From Limnothrix sp. BL-A-16 (GTDB taxonomy: Bacteria > Cyanobacteriota > Cyanobacteriia > CACIAM-69d), in contig CP166615.1 of assembly GCA_041937175.2 (NCBI GenBank), forward strand, positions 64,001-128,000: a stretch of DNA of 64,000 nucleotides, given 5' to 3'. Shown piece by piece: positions 9,784-18,862 of the stretch. The translations under genes were made by a program, and so were the position numbers. Numbering within the stretch: the stretch's first letter is position 1; each line of letters opens with the position of its first letter. The notes below the pieces were generated by a model, which worked only from the letters and a program-made list of their open reading frames with translations, did not search any database and was not told where the DNA came from.

Positions 9784-10722
9784 ATGAAATATGGAATCGA
9801 CATGGGCCACAACGCCCCTCCCGACACTGGGGCGCGCGGCATCCGGTTTGAAGATGAGCTGACCATCGCCGTTGGCACAAGGGTGATTAACAAGCTGCGA
9901 GCCTTGGGACACACGGTGGTCAATTGCACCCCCCGTAGCGCCTCCAGCGTCACCAACTCCCTTTGGCAGCGCTGTAACGTGGCGAATCTCAACCGGGTTG
10001 ATGCATTTGTGTCGATTCACTTCAACTCCTTCAACACGGTGGTGAATGGTACGGAAGTTTTTGCGGCCAGCACCACGGGCGAACGGTTGGCGGCTCCCCT
10101 ACTGCGCGAAATTGTAGCCCTGGGATTCAACAGCCGTGGGGTCAAAAATGGCGCGCATTTATACGTGATTCGCAACACGTCCGCGCCGGCCATTTTGGTG
10201 GAATGCTGTTTTTGCGATTCTCGTCGGGATATGGATTTGTTTGATCCCGAAAAGATGGCTAACGCGATCGTGAAGGGATTAACGGGACAATTACCCAAGC
10301 CCGAAGCCACCCCAACGCCAACCCCGGCGCAGTCCAGCGCCCAGGTATTGGAATTGCAGCGCACCTTGAACCGGCTCCGAATTTTAGATCGCAACAACCA
10401 GCGCCTAGCTGAAGATGGGTTCATTGGCCCGTCCACCACATCGGCCACCCAACGATTGCAGGCGATTTTGGGTTTGGTAACGGATGGAGTGGCGGGCGAT
10501 CGCACCTGGGTGAACATTCGGCAAATTTTGGCCAAGCCGATTTTGCGGCCCAACCAAAGCTCCGGCCCCGCCGTGCGCTACTTGCAATTTCGGGTGGGCG
10601 TGGCGATCGATGGCATCTATGGCCCCGGAACCCTGGAGGCGGTGCGCCGTTTCCAAACCCAAAACCGCTTGACGGTGGATGGCATTGTGGGGCCACAAGT
10701 TTGGGCCGCCCTGATTGGCTAG
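9784..10722 (+). CDS. N-acetylmuramoyl-L-alanine amidase (Amidase_3) with C-terminal peptidoglycan-binding domains
   Basis: IDMGHN, FVSIHFNS, ILVECCF; DG.xGP repeats. Confidence 0.93.
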   Translation: MKYGIDMGHNAPPDTGARGIRFEDELTIAVGTRVINKLRALGHTVVNCTPRSASSVTNSLWQRCNVANLNRVDAFVSIHFNSFNTVVNGTEVFAASTTGERLAAPLLREIVALGFNSRGVKNGAHLYVIRNTSAPAILVECCFCDSRRDMDLFDPEKMANAIVKGLTGQLPKPEATPTPTPAQSSAQVLELQRTLNRLRILDRNNQRLAEDGFIGPSTTSATQRLQAILGLVTDGVAGDRTWVNIRQILAKPILRPNQSSGPAVRYLQFRVGVAIDGIYGPGTLEAVRRFQTQNRLTVDGIVGPQVWAALIG

Positions 10723-10780
10723 CGGAATGGGCCTCAAGGCCTGAGCAATTACGATCGCCCGTTCATGCGCTAGAAAACAT

Positions 10781-10823
10781 AAAAAGGCCGATCGATTGCG
10801 ATTCATGGGCAATCGATCGGCCT
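10781..10823 (-). terminator. Hairpin terminator between convergent amidase and map
   Basis: AAAAAGGCCGATCGATTGC...GCAATCGATCGGCCT. Confidence 0.6.
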
Positions 10824-10952
10824 GCCTAAGGGCTTGGGTTTCCCAACCTTTGCTCGGTTATTGAGCAGTCGCCGAGACTGAATCCCAGCATGCAAGCCCG
10901 AAACTTTAAAATTGCAACTTCAAGGCCGGCTGCTGAATCGAGGGTGTCTTGA

Positions 10953-11256
10953 GGGTCTGTCGTCATTGCTTGAAATCAGGTGAAAACGGCTGATTCACCA
11001 TGCCCCCAGTGCCGTAACAAGGGGCTTAAGCCCCTTGCTGCCCACGATTCGCTAACGGTGGAATTAGGGTTTCAGGCGACATACCCCCAGTGCCGTAACA
11101 AGGAGCTTAAGCCCCTTGCTGCCCACGATTCGCTAACGGTGGAATTAGGGTTTCAGGCGACATACCCTCAGTGCCGTGACAAGGAGCTTAAGCCCCTTGC
11201 TGCCCACGATTCGCTAACGGTGGAATTAGGGTTTCAGGCAATTTGACGGCAAGCCC
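10953..11256. mobile_element. Family-A MITE with internal 81-bp unit triplicated
   Basis: Degenerate TIRs GGGTCTGTCGTCA / TGACGGCAAGCCC; units start at 10999, 11080 and 11161, each carrying the palindrome. Confidence 0.8.
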
Positions 11257-11300
11257 GCGACTCTGGTGTAAAGCTCTTGGTATGAAGCTCTTGGCGCGAT

Positions 11301-12143
11301 TTAAACCTTAGTGCGATCGGTCAAAATTTCAAAGCCATCCTCCGTCACCAGCACCGTGTGTTCCCACTGGGCTGACCAAGAGCGATCGACCGTTACGGCC
11401 GTCCACTTGTCACTCAAAATCTTGGTTTTCTTGGAACCCGCATTCAAAATCGGCTCGATCGCCAGGGTCATCCCCGCCCGCAGCCGCACATTCGGCAGCT
11501 CACGGGTTCGGAAATTAAACACCGCCGGTTCTTCGTGCAGATTGCGCCCCACGCCGTGACCGGTGAAATCTTCCACCACCGAGTAGCCATTGGCCTTCAC
11601 CACGTCCTCGATCGCCCCGGCAATGTCCAGCAGCGTTGCCCCCGGCTTCACCTGATAAATTCCCGCCATCAGGGACTCTTCCGCCACCCGTGCCAGGCGA
11701 TCGGCCTCCGGAGAGACCTGCCCCACCCGCACCGTCACACAGGAATCGCCATGGAACCCGTTGAAATAGGCTCCCGTGTCTACCTTCACAAGGTCGCCAC
11801 TTTGGATCGTCTTTTTCGAGTTGGGAATTCCATGCACCACTTCATTATTAATGGAGGCGCAAATGGAAGCTGGGAACCCGTGATAGCCCTTGAAGCTGGG
11901 CACGGCTCCCAGTTCACGAATTCGCTTTTCCGCATGGCGATCGAGGTCGGCCGTGGTCATACCCGGTTCTGCCAACTCCAGAATTTCCTTCAGCACCGTT
12001 GCCACGATCGCCGAAGCCTGCCGCATGATCTCGATCTCGCGCTTCGATTTGATTTCAATACCCCGGCGATTTTTTTGAATGCGCGGGCCCGTTTGCGAGT
12101 CGGCAGGCTTGGACTTGGGCAGCAGGTCGGCAAAAACGTTCAT
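11301..12143 (-). CDS. map: Type I methionyl aminopeptidase
   Basis: [44 protein letters not shown]. Confidence 0.96.
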   Translation of the reverse strand: MNVFADLLPKSKPADSQTGPRIQKNRRGIEIKSKREIEIMRQASAIVATVLKEILELAEPGMTTADLDRHAEKRIRELGAVPSFKGYHGFPASICASINNEVVHGIPNSKKTIQSGDLVKVDTGAYFNGFHGDSCVTVRVGQVSPEADRLARVAEESLMAGIYQVKPGATLLDIAGAIEDVVKANGYSVVEDFTGHGVGRNLHEEPAVFNFRTRELPNVRLRAGMTLAIEPILNAGSKKTKILSDKWTAVTVDRSWSAQWEHTVLVTEDGFEILTDRTKV

Positions 12144-13124
12144 GGTGTTAGCAGGTGGTGTTAGCGATCGAAGCGACAGTGGGGAAGGCAATGTCCCTCT
12201 AGAGCTTATCAAAAAACTTTACAAGCCTGGGGGACTCTGGCCGGGGCTGGGTAACAGCCGGGTGCTTGCTGACTTAAGGCCCTGGCCGGCGCTGCCCAAG
12301 CCGGGGCGCACCCAATTCCCGTCAGCCATAGCCCAGCACTCAGCAATGGCATCAGGATCGATATCAGGATCGATCGCCCGATCGCTCGTTTGGCTGTTTT
12401 GAACCCCAGTTGCGTCTTAGCAAATAAGGTTGCCATTATTGGCGCATTGGAATCGATCAAAAAAATGTCAATTTCCGTAAGTTCTGAATTTTCATGATCC
12501 TAATTTCCCGATTCTCGAAAAAGTGATTCAATCAAACTGGGTTACCCCGTCATTTTCTTGATCTTTGATTAATCAACAAATCAATAACCCATTCAATGCT
12601 TGAAAAACAGTCAAAAACATCTTTCAAAACAAGATAAAAAAGCCTGAAGCTCGATTTTGGTAATGAATTGGATCGATTACCCTACTGCCCTAATTGTCCT
12701 AAATCTAGTGTAGGACGGGCTGGTGGCTTCACAAATGGTAAATCACTGGACAGGAGCGCGGTTACTGACTAAAAAACAAGATTGGAAAACCGCGTGCGAG
12801 ATCGATATTGGTGGATCGATCTCGCCAGGGTAAGGCATACTCAAAGTGACCCTTGACCATGCCACTTCTCCCGAACAGCCTCCCTGTGCTCTGAACAGTC
12901 TGCAAGAGCACAGCGTTTGTTGTCTAATTCCTGATGTAATGGAGGAGATCTGCATGATTGGCGGTAATCGACGGACTGTTGCGCTCATTGCCCTGGATGA
13001 TGCTGATGCTGCCAAAAGCGACTGGTAAGCTCCCGCTATCGCCCTGGTTCGACTGCGATCGACTCAATTTGGGTGCAGCCCGATTTCCTCTCCCTGGACT
13101 CTCGCGTTTTGACCCCTTGGCCCT

Positions 13125-14084
13125 ATGAGCGATATTCCCTCCATCCTCCAAGACCTCGCACGGGAGTTAGAACGCGACCCAGAAATTGTTCGCATTAAAA
13201 AACTGCTGCTGTTAGCCTGTACGGGGCACTGGGAAGGCGATAACCAGAAAATTGCCCTGCTCGATACGGGGCGGTTGCTGCAACGGCTGCAATCCTTATC
13301 GCCCACGATGAATCATCTAACGACTCGGTTAAACCGGGCAGCAGCTCACCTGAATAAGCCTCAGGTGTATGGGGTAATTGCCAGTCGCATTAGCCAGCGA
13401 TTGGGGAATCTTTGTCATGATCCGGACGGGGAAGCCACCCTTACCAGCACGGAACCGCGTTTGCCGGTGGAGTCTGGAGACGAGCGGACGGTGCTGTCTT
13501 TCCAAGGCCCCAGCCACAGTGCAGAACCGGCGATTGTGGCTCGGGATCCATCCCAGGACACCATGACCAATCGGCCGGTGATGAATTTGGCGGCCTACGA
13601 TTGGTTTGCGGTGCGATTTGAATTATTGCGGGCTACAAACCCGTTGCGGGTGAAAATTCTCAGCTTTTTCACGCTGGATCCCCAAACCAGTTTTAATGCC
13701 TATACTTGGGCTTCTATTAAGTCGGAATTGCTCGATCGCCTGTTGTATCGGCTTTGCGAAGCTTGTCCAACCCTGGATGATTTGGAAGAACGCTTGCAAA
13801 GCACGGTGAATCGCTTCCCGGAAGTGGAAGAATATGCCCAGGCTGCGGAGTCCATGATTCGCGTGCTCGATCGAGCCATCTATTCAGCGGATCCGGAACC
13901 GAAACCCCTGGCCCAAGAATCCTTTGGCGCAACGGGACGTTTTCCGGGCTTTGAAATGTTTGGCGAGGCGGCGGAAAAAACGCAACTTAGCTCTGGCTTA
14001 CCCATGGAAGCTGAGGATGAGGATGATGAGACAGAACGATCGATGTTTGCGATCGAAAATGTCTTTACCCGATCGCATCCCTAG
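13125..14084 (+). CDS. Hypothetical protein with two related helical domains
   Basis: 319-aa ORF; RIKKLL...L.RL...PT... pattern recurs as RVKIL...LLYRL...PTL. Confidence 0.7.
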   Translation: MSDIPSILQDLARELERDPEIVRIKKLLLLACTGHWEGDNQKIALLDTGRLLQRLQSLSPTMNHLTTRLNRAAAHLNKPQVYGVIASRISQRLGNLCHDPDGEATLTSTEPRLPVESGDERTVLSFQGPSHSAEPAIVARDPSQDTMTNRPVMNLAAYDWFAVRFELLRATNPLRVKILSFFTLDPQTSFNAYTWASIKSELLDRLLYRLCEACPTLDDLEERLQSTVNRFPEVEEYAQAAESMIRVLDRAIYSADPEPKPLAQESFGATGRFPGFEMFGEAAEKTQLSSGLPMEAEDEDDETERSMFAIENVFTRSHP

Positions 14085-14179
14085 GCACACTGAGGCTGAC
14101 CTGAGCGATCGCCCTTGGCCCAGCTCTGCGCGCGGCCTGCCACATTCCCTGTCTTCTTTCCTGGAAGCCCAACAGACCC

Positions 14180-15184
14180 ATGGACGCACAAGCCATCTTG
14201 CAACGCTACAAAGCAGGTGAGACCAACTTCAGTGGCCTCAACCTGAGCGGCTGCAAACTGATTCGCGCGGATCTCGTGGGTGTGAATTTCACCGGAGCCG
14301 ACCTCAGCCACGCCAATTTGATTTTGTCTTACCTCAATCGGGCGGTGCTGCGAGGGGCCAACTTAACCCACATCAAACTGAGCGGGGCCAACCTCGATCG
14401 CGCCAACCTGAGTGCGGCGAACTTGCGGGATGCGGACTTGCACGGGGCCCGGCTGGAAGCGGCCGACCTGCGCAATGTGAATCTTTCCCTGTCGATTTTG
14501 ACCGATGCCAACCTGGTGGAGGCGGACTTGCGCAACGCCAACCTTAGCGGCATCAATGCCCGAGGGGCCTGCCTGCGGGGGGCCAATCTGCGCGAAGAAA
14601 AGCGGGTCTATCAAGGGGCCAACCTCCGGGGAGCCGATTTGAGCTTTGCAGATCTGCAAGGGGCGGATTTGTCTGGGGCGGATCTGACCCGTGCGAATTT
14701 GACGGGGGCCAACTTGCGGGAAACCGTCCTGCGCGGGGTGAACTTGATGGAAGCCAACCTGAGCGGGGCCATTTTGTGTAATGCGGCCCTCAGCGACAGC
14801 AACTTGGAGCGGGCCACACTGCTTCAGGCAAATCTCACGAGTGTGCGGGCTGAGCGAACCATTTTCAATGAATGTAATCTCAACGGCAGTGTGTGTCAGA
14901 TGGCGCTGTTTGCGGATGCTAAATTTGCCCACGCCAAGATGTTGCAGTCGGATTTTTCCTATGCGCGCTTAACTCGGGCTGATTTGCGCCGGGCGGATAT
15001 GACCCGATCAAACCTGTCTCAGGCGGATTTGGTGGATTCGTTCTTGACGCGCACCAACTTGCGAGATGCCAACATGACCAAGGTGCTGTTAAATCGGGCG
15101 GAAATGAGCAGTGCAAACCTCAACGGCGCAAACTTGACCAACGCCACCATGCCCGACGGTCAAATTTATTATCAGAATTACTAA
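14180..15184 (+). CDS. Pentapeptide repeat protein
   Basis: Continuous A(D/N)Lxx repeats; C-terminal ATMPDG. Confidence 0.95.
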   Translation: MDAQAILQRYKAGETNFSGLNLSGCKLIRADLVGVNFTGADLSHANLILSYLNRAVLRGANLTHIKLSGANLDRANLSAANLRDADLHGARLEAADLRNVNLSLSILTDANLVEADLRNANLSGINARGACLRGANLREEKRVYQGANLRGADLSFADLQGADLSGADLTRANLTGANLRETVLRGVNLMEANLSGAILCNAALSDSNLERATLLQANLTSVRAERTIFNECNLNGSVCQMALFADAKFAHAKMLQSDFSYARLTRADLRRADMTRSNLSQADLVDSFLTRTNLRDANMTKVLLNRAEMSSANLNGANLTNATMPDGQIYYQNY

Positions 15185-15207
15185 CACTCCTCAACCGACG
15201 ACAGGCC

Positions 15208-15852
15208 CTAGGCCGCCTGAGCCAGGGCCGATCGCAGCGCGTCCAAATAGCCCCCCACGTTGTAGGTGTTTAGGCGGTAGCTGACCGGGTGGACAATGAG
15301 TCGGGCTGTGCTTTCAAACAACACCTCAATTTCCACCAAGCCGTTCTCCTTGAGGGTGCGCCCCGTGGCCACCAAGTCCACGATCGCCTCAGACATGCCC
15401 GTGATCGGCCCCAATTCCACGGAGCCGTAAAGGGGCACAATCTCCACCGGTAGATCCAACGATTGGAAATATTCGCGGGCACAGCGCACAAATTTGGAAG
15501 CGATGCGGCTATGGGCCGGCAGGTCGATCGCCCGTTGATAGGGCCCATCCGCCTGGACTGCCACCGACATGCGACAGCCCCCAAAGCCCAAATCCAGAAC
15601 GTTGGCAACGTTGGGCGCTTTTTCCCGCAGCACGTCGTAGCCCACAATGCCCAACTGCGCTTGGCCACATTCCACATAAACCGGCACATCACCATTGCGC
15701 ACCAGCATGGCCCGCGCCGTACCGGTGGGGTCGGTCACTTGTAGTTGGCGGTTGCTTTTGTCGAGCAGGACGCTGAAGTCTAGGCCCGCAGCGGCTAGCA
15801 ATTGCACGCTATCGGCCAGGAGGGAGCCTTTGGGAATGGCGATGGTCAGCAC
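15208..15852 (-). CDS. hisG: ATP phosphoribosyltransferase, short form
   Basis: [43 protein letters not shown] start inferred. Confidence 0.95.
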   Translation of the reverse strand: MLTIAIPKGSLLADSVQLLAAAGLDFSVLLDKSNRQLQVTDPTGTARAMLVRNGDVPVYVECGQAQLGIVGYDVLREKAPNVANVLDLGFGGCRMSVAVQADGPYQRAIDLPAHSRIASKFVRCAREYFQSLDLPVEIVPLYGSVELGPITGMSEAIVDLVATGRTLKENGLVEIEVLFESTARLIVHPVSYRLNTYNVGGYLDALRSALAQAA

Positions 15853-15977
15853 AGGGCGATCGGGGGGTGGGATGGGGCAAGGTTTCGCCCGCCTATTGTA
15901 TAGATCTATTTCCCGCGTGGCGCATCTTTTGTTTGGGTGCTCGTGTCCTTTGGGCTGAATTGTGGCCCAAGCTTGCG

Positions 15978-16205
15978 TTAACGTCGCTGACTCGATCGAC
16001 CGCTGGGCAACAGGGGAAACAGGCCCGCCGCCACCACGCCCGCCCCAAAGCCCGTGGCCAACAGGAAACCAAATGGCATTTGCACGGTGCGAGATCCAAA
16101 CCACTGCACGGAAACAAGGGTGGCGTTTTGGACGGAGATGAGGGCGATTCCGATCGTTCCTGTGGCCACAATCAGAGCGATCGCCAGGTTGACTAGTTTG
16201 CCCAT
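15978..16205 (-). CDS. LapA/DUF1049 family small membrane protein
   Basis: Two TM segments around [16 protein letters not shown]. Confidence 0.75.
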   Translation of the reverse strand: MGKLVNLAIALIVATGTIGIALISVQNATLVSVQWFGSRTVQMPFGFLLATGFGAGVVAAGLFPLLPSGRSSQRR

Positions 16206-16316
16206 TTTTTACCTAATTTTTGACCTATTGTTTTGACTGAATTCGGTATTTTCCATCGAGTAATTCAACAATTGCTTGAAAACGTTGCCTGGAAAGCTAC
16301 CAATCTGCCTTAAAAA

Positions 16317-16784
16317 TTACCAAGTGCTGAAGGGGCGATCGGCTAAGGCAGAATTGCGATAGCGGGGATCGTGAGACACTTCTTCACCAATCCAGTCTGG
16401 TAACTGCACCGGTTGATCGGGGCGATCGAGTTCAATTTCTGCCACGATCAGTCCCGCATTGCTGCCAAAAAATTCATCGATTTCCCAGCAACCTTCCGCA
16501 CAGGGTAACCGATAGCGAATTTTGTCGATCGGGGGCGAAACACAGAGCGTCGCCAACATTTCCGTGGCATCAATGACGGGAATTTCGTATTCGTATTCCG
16601 ATCGTGCCAGGCCGTCGGTTTGGCCTTTGATGGTTAGAAATGCCCGATCGCCCGCAATGCGTGCCCGCACGGTGCGTAAGGGATCTGACCACAGATAGCC
16701 CTGTTGGTAGCGTTTGCCCGGCTGGACAAGATCGCGCCAACGGTTCGATCGCACCAGAAATTTCCGCTCAATCTCGATCGCCAT
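16317..16784 (-). CDS. CYTH domain protein
   Basis: EIERKFLV, QGYL, RSEYEYEIP, WEIDEF, EEVSHDPRYRN. Confidence 0.93.
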   Translation of the reverse strand: MAIEIERKFLVRSNRWRDLVQPGKRYQQGYLWSDPLRTVRARIAGDRAFLTIKGQTDGLARSEYEYEIPVIDATEMLATLCVSPPIDKIRYRLPCAEGCWEIDEFFGSNAGLIVAEIELDRPDQPVQLPDWIGEEVSHDPRYRNSALADRPFSTW

Positions 16785-16828
16785 GGGAAGTCGCTGTTGA
16801 TCAGGATATTGAGTCTGAATGTTCAGGT

Positions 16829-16880
16829 TTGAATATTCGAGCTTGAATATTCGGGTTTGAATATCTCGCTTTGAATATCC
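16829..16880. repeat. Degenerate 14-bp tandem repeat (TTGAATAT core x4)
   Basis: Read directly upstream of the CYTH gene. Confidence 0.6.
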
Positions 16881-16983
16881 AGGACTGAGGCTTCAGATTT
16901 TCCCTAAATTTTCAGGGATCTCTTCAACCGTTTGGGTTTATTTTTAAGTTTATTGTTAGTTTGCTGTTCCTTGGGGAACGGGA

Positions 16984-17056
16984 TGGAGCTAAGCGGATTC
17001 GAACCGCTGACCCCTTCAATGCCATTGAAGTGCTCTACCAACTGAGCTATAGCCCC
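16984..17056 (-). tRNA. tRNA-Ala(GGC)
   Basis: GGGGCTATAGCTCAGTTGGTAGAGC..CTTCA-ATGGCAT-TGAAG..GGTTCGAATCC..AGCTCCA. Confidence 0.97.
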
Positions 17057-17477
17057 GTTCAGCGAAGTCAATAATCGCCTAAAAGTTTGGATTCGTCAAC
17101 CCAATCGACCAAATTCTTTTTCGGCGGAATTGGGATCAGGTGCGCTAAGGTAGCACTGCTTCTGTAAAGAACCATTACGAAATTAATCCTCCCGCCGATC
17201 GCGCCAGTCCGACTAGCCAATGGCACGAGCCATCGAGTCTTGCGGGGCGATCGGCTCCGGCAGAACTGCTCCACAGCTTTAACTGCTCCCATCAACTGAT
17301 CGACCCATGAATAACCCTTCAGTTCCTCCAACGGTGTCCCTTGGGTTGCCGATCGGCTTGGATCGATCGCCCCAAAGGCGGTTTCGATCGGGTCTCTGTG
17401 GTGACCGCCCTGGCCCCTCGGCAAAGCTTGGGTTTGCAACCGATTCTGAAACGAATCCCCGCGTCAGGCTCGGTTTC

Positions 17478-18857
17478 ATGCCCGTGACGCGGGGGCAACG
17501 GCAATTTGGCCCACGATCGATTCATCGGCGGTGGCTCAGTGGCCTCTGTGGCTTGGCCCTGTTGGCCAGCGGTTGCCAAAACGCCATTCCCCCCAGCGAT
17601 GCCCAACCGGCCCCGCCGGGAGCCGCCGATCGTGCGGGGCCGCCTTCGGTGGACGTGGCCTTGGCCAAAACTGCCACTCAGCAAACCACCCAGGACTATA
17701 GCGGTACGACTCAGCCCGTTCGGGAAGTGGCCGTGCGATCGCGGGTGGAAGGCTACGTGCTGGATATGCGATCGGATGTGGGGCAACCGGTGCGCCAAGG
17801 GCAACTGTTGGCGCGGGTGGATGCGCGGTTGCTGACCTCCGAGGCCGTGGAAGCCCAAGCGGAGGTTTCCGCCCGGGAGTTGGAAGTGGCCAGCAACCAA
17901 GCCCAAATTGGCGAAGCTCAGGCCCGCGTTGGCGAAGCAGAATTGCAATTGCAACAGGCTAAGTCTGATCTTGATCGCCTAGAGCGCCTGTTTCGGGAAG
18001 GGGCGATCGCGGAGCAAAACGTGGAAAACGCCCGCACGGCCGTGGGAACCGCCGCCAAAGCTCTCCAGGCTGCCCGACAACAGGTGAAAACCCGCCAGCA
18101 AACCGTGGCCGTGGCCCGGCGCAGGGTGGCCGCCCAACAGGCGATCGCCGATCAGGCTCGCCAACGCCAAGATTTTGCACTGGTGCGATCGCCCCTCAGC
18201 GGTCGTGTGTTGGCCAAGCTGTTGGAACCCGGCAGCCTGGCCCAACCGGGCAGCGAAATTATTCGCATTGGTGACTTCAGCCAACTCAAGATTCTAGTGC
18301 GTCTGTCCGATCGATCCCTGGCGGGTGTGCGGCTGGGGCAAGGGGCCCGGGTGCGGCTGGATGCCTTGCCGGGTCAAGAATTTACCGGGCGGGTCACGGC
18401 CATTTCTCCCTTGGGCGATGCGGTGGCTCGGCAAGTGCCCGTAGAAATCACTCTTCCCAACCCCGACGGGCGCTTGGGGAGTGGTCTATTGGCTCGGGTG
18501 AGCTTTGCCCAGGCGGCCGCCGCTCGGGTCACCATTCCCGAGCGGGCCTTGGCGGTGGCTGATATGACCGATCGCGCTCCCGGTGGGGCAAGTGGTCGCG
18601 GGGGACGTTCTGCCGGAGCTGGGCAACCCGCCGCCAATGCGCCTGCTCCCACCCAAGGCACGGTGTTTGTGGTGCAGGGGGAAGGAGAAGCCGTGACCGT
18701 TGCGCCCAGGTTGGTGCAGTTGGGATCCCGGTTTGATGGCCAGGTGCAAGTGCTCTCGGGTCTGCAACCGGGCGATCGCTACGTCCTGCGCAGTAGCGGC
18801 CCTCTGGCTGCGGGCGATCGGGTGCGACTGAGTGCAATTTCTGAACCCGCGAGGTAA
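17478..18857 (+). CDS. RND efflux periplasmic adaptor (membrane fusion protein), lipoprotein
   Basis: Lipobox LASGC, VRSRVEG, coiled coil, VRSPLSG, SGLQPGD; start could be 17307. Confidence 0.9.
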   Translation: MPVTRGQRQFGPRSIHRRWLSGLCGLALLASGCQNAIPPSDAQPAPPGAADRAGPPSVDVALAKTATQQTTQDYSGTTQPVREVAVRSRVEGYVLDMRSDVGQPVRQGQLLARVDARLLTSEAVEAQAEVSARELEVASNQAQIGEAQARVGEAELQLQQAKSDLDRLERLFREGAIAEQNVENARTAVGTAAKALQAARQQVKTRQQTVAVARRRVAAQQAIADQARQRQDFALVRSPLSGRVLAKLLEPGSLAQPGSEIIRIGDFSQLKILVRLSDRSLAGVRLGQGARVRLDALPGQEFTGRVTAISPLGDAVARQVPVEITLPNPDGRLGSGLLARVSFAQAAAARVTIPERALAVADMTDRAPGGASGRGGRSAGAGQPAANAPAPTQGTVFVVQGEGEAVTVAPRLVQLGSRFDGQVQVLSGLQPGDRYVLRSSGPLAAGDRVRLSAISEPAR

Positions 18858-18862
18858 GGCAA

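Noticed and set aside
10999..11239. CRISPR-like array of regularly spaced palindromes
   Set aside because: The 'spacers' are near-identical to each other and no cas genes are present; it is an 81-bp tandem repeat inside a MITE.
10980..11246. 88-aa repeat ORF and other short ORFs containing KGLKPL or RGLSPL (e.g. 4996-5406, 25239-25460, 34507-34810, 60921-61109)
   Set aside because: These peptides are translations of the palindrome within non-coding MITEs.
16984..17056. tRNA genes as integration sites for an island (also 59299-59459)
   Set aside because: No integrase or duplicated tRNA 3' end was seen, and flanking genes are ordinary chromosomal genes.
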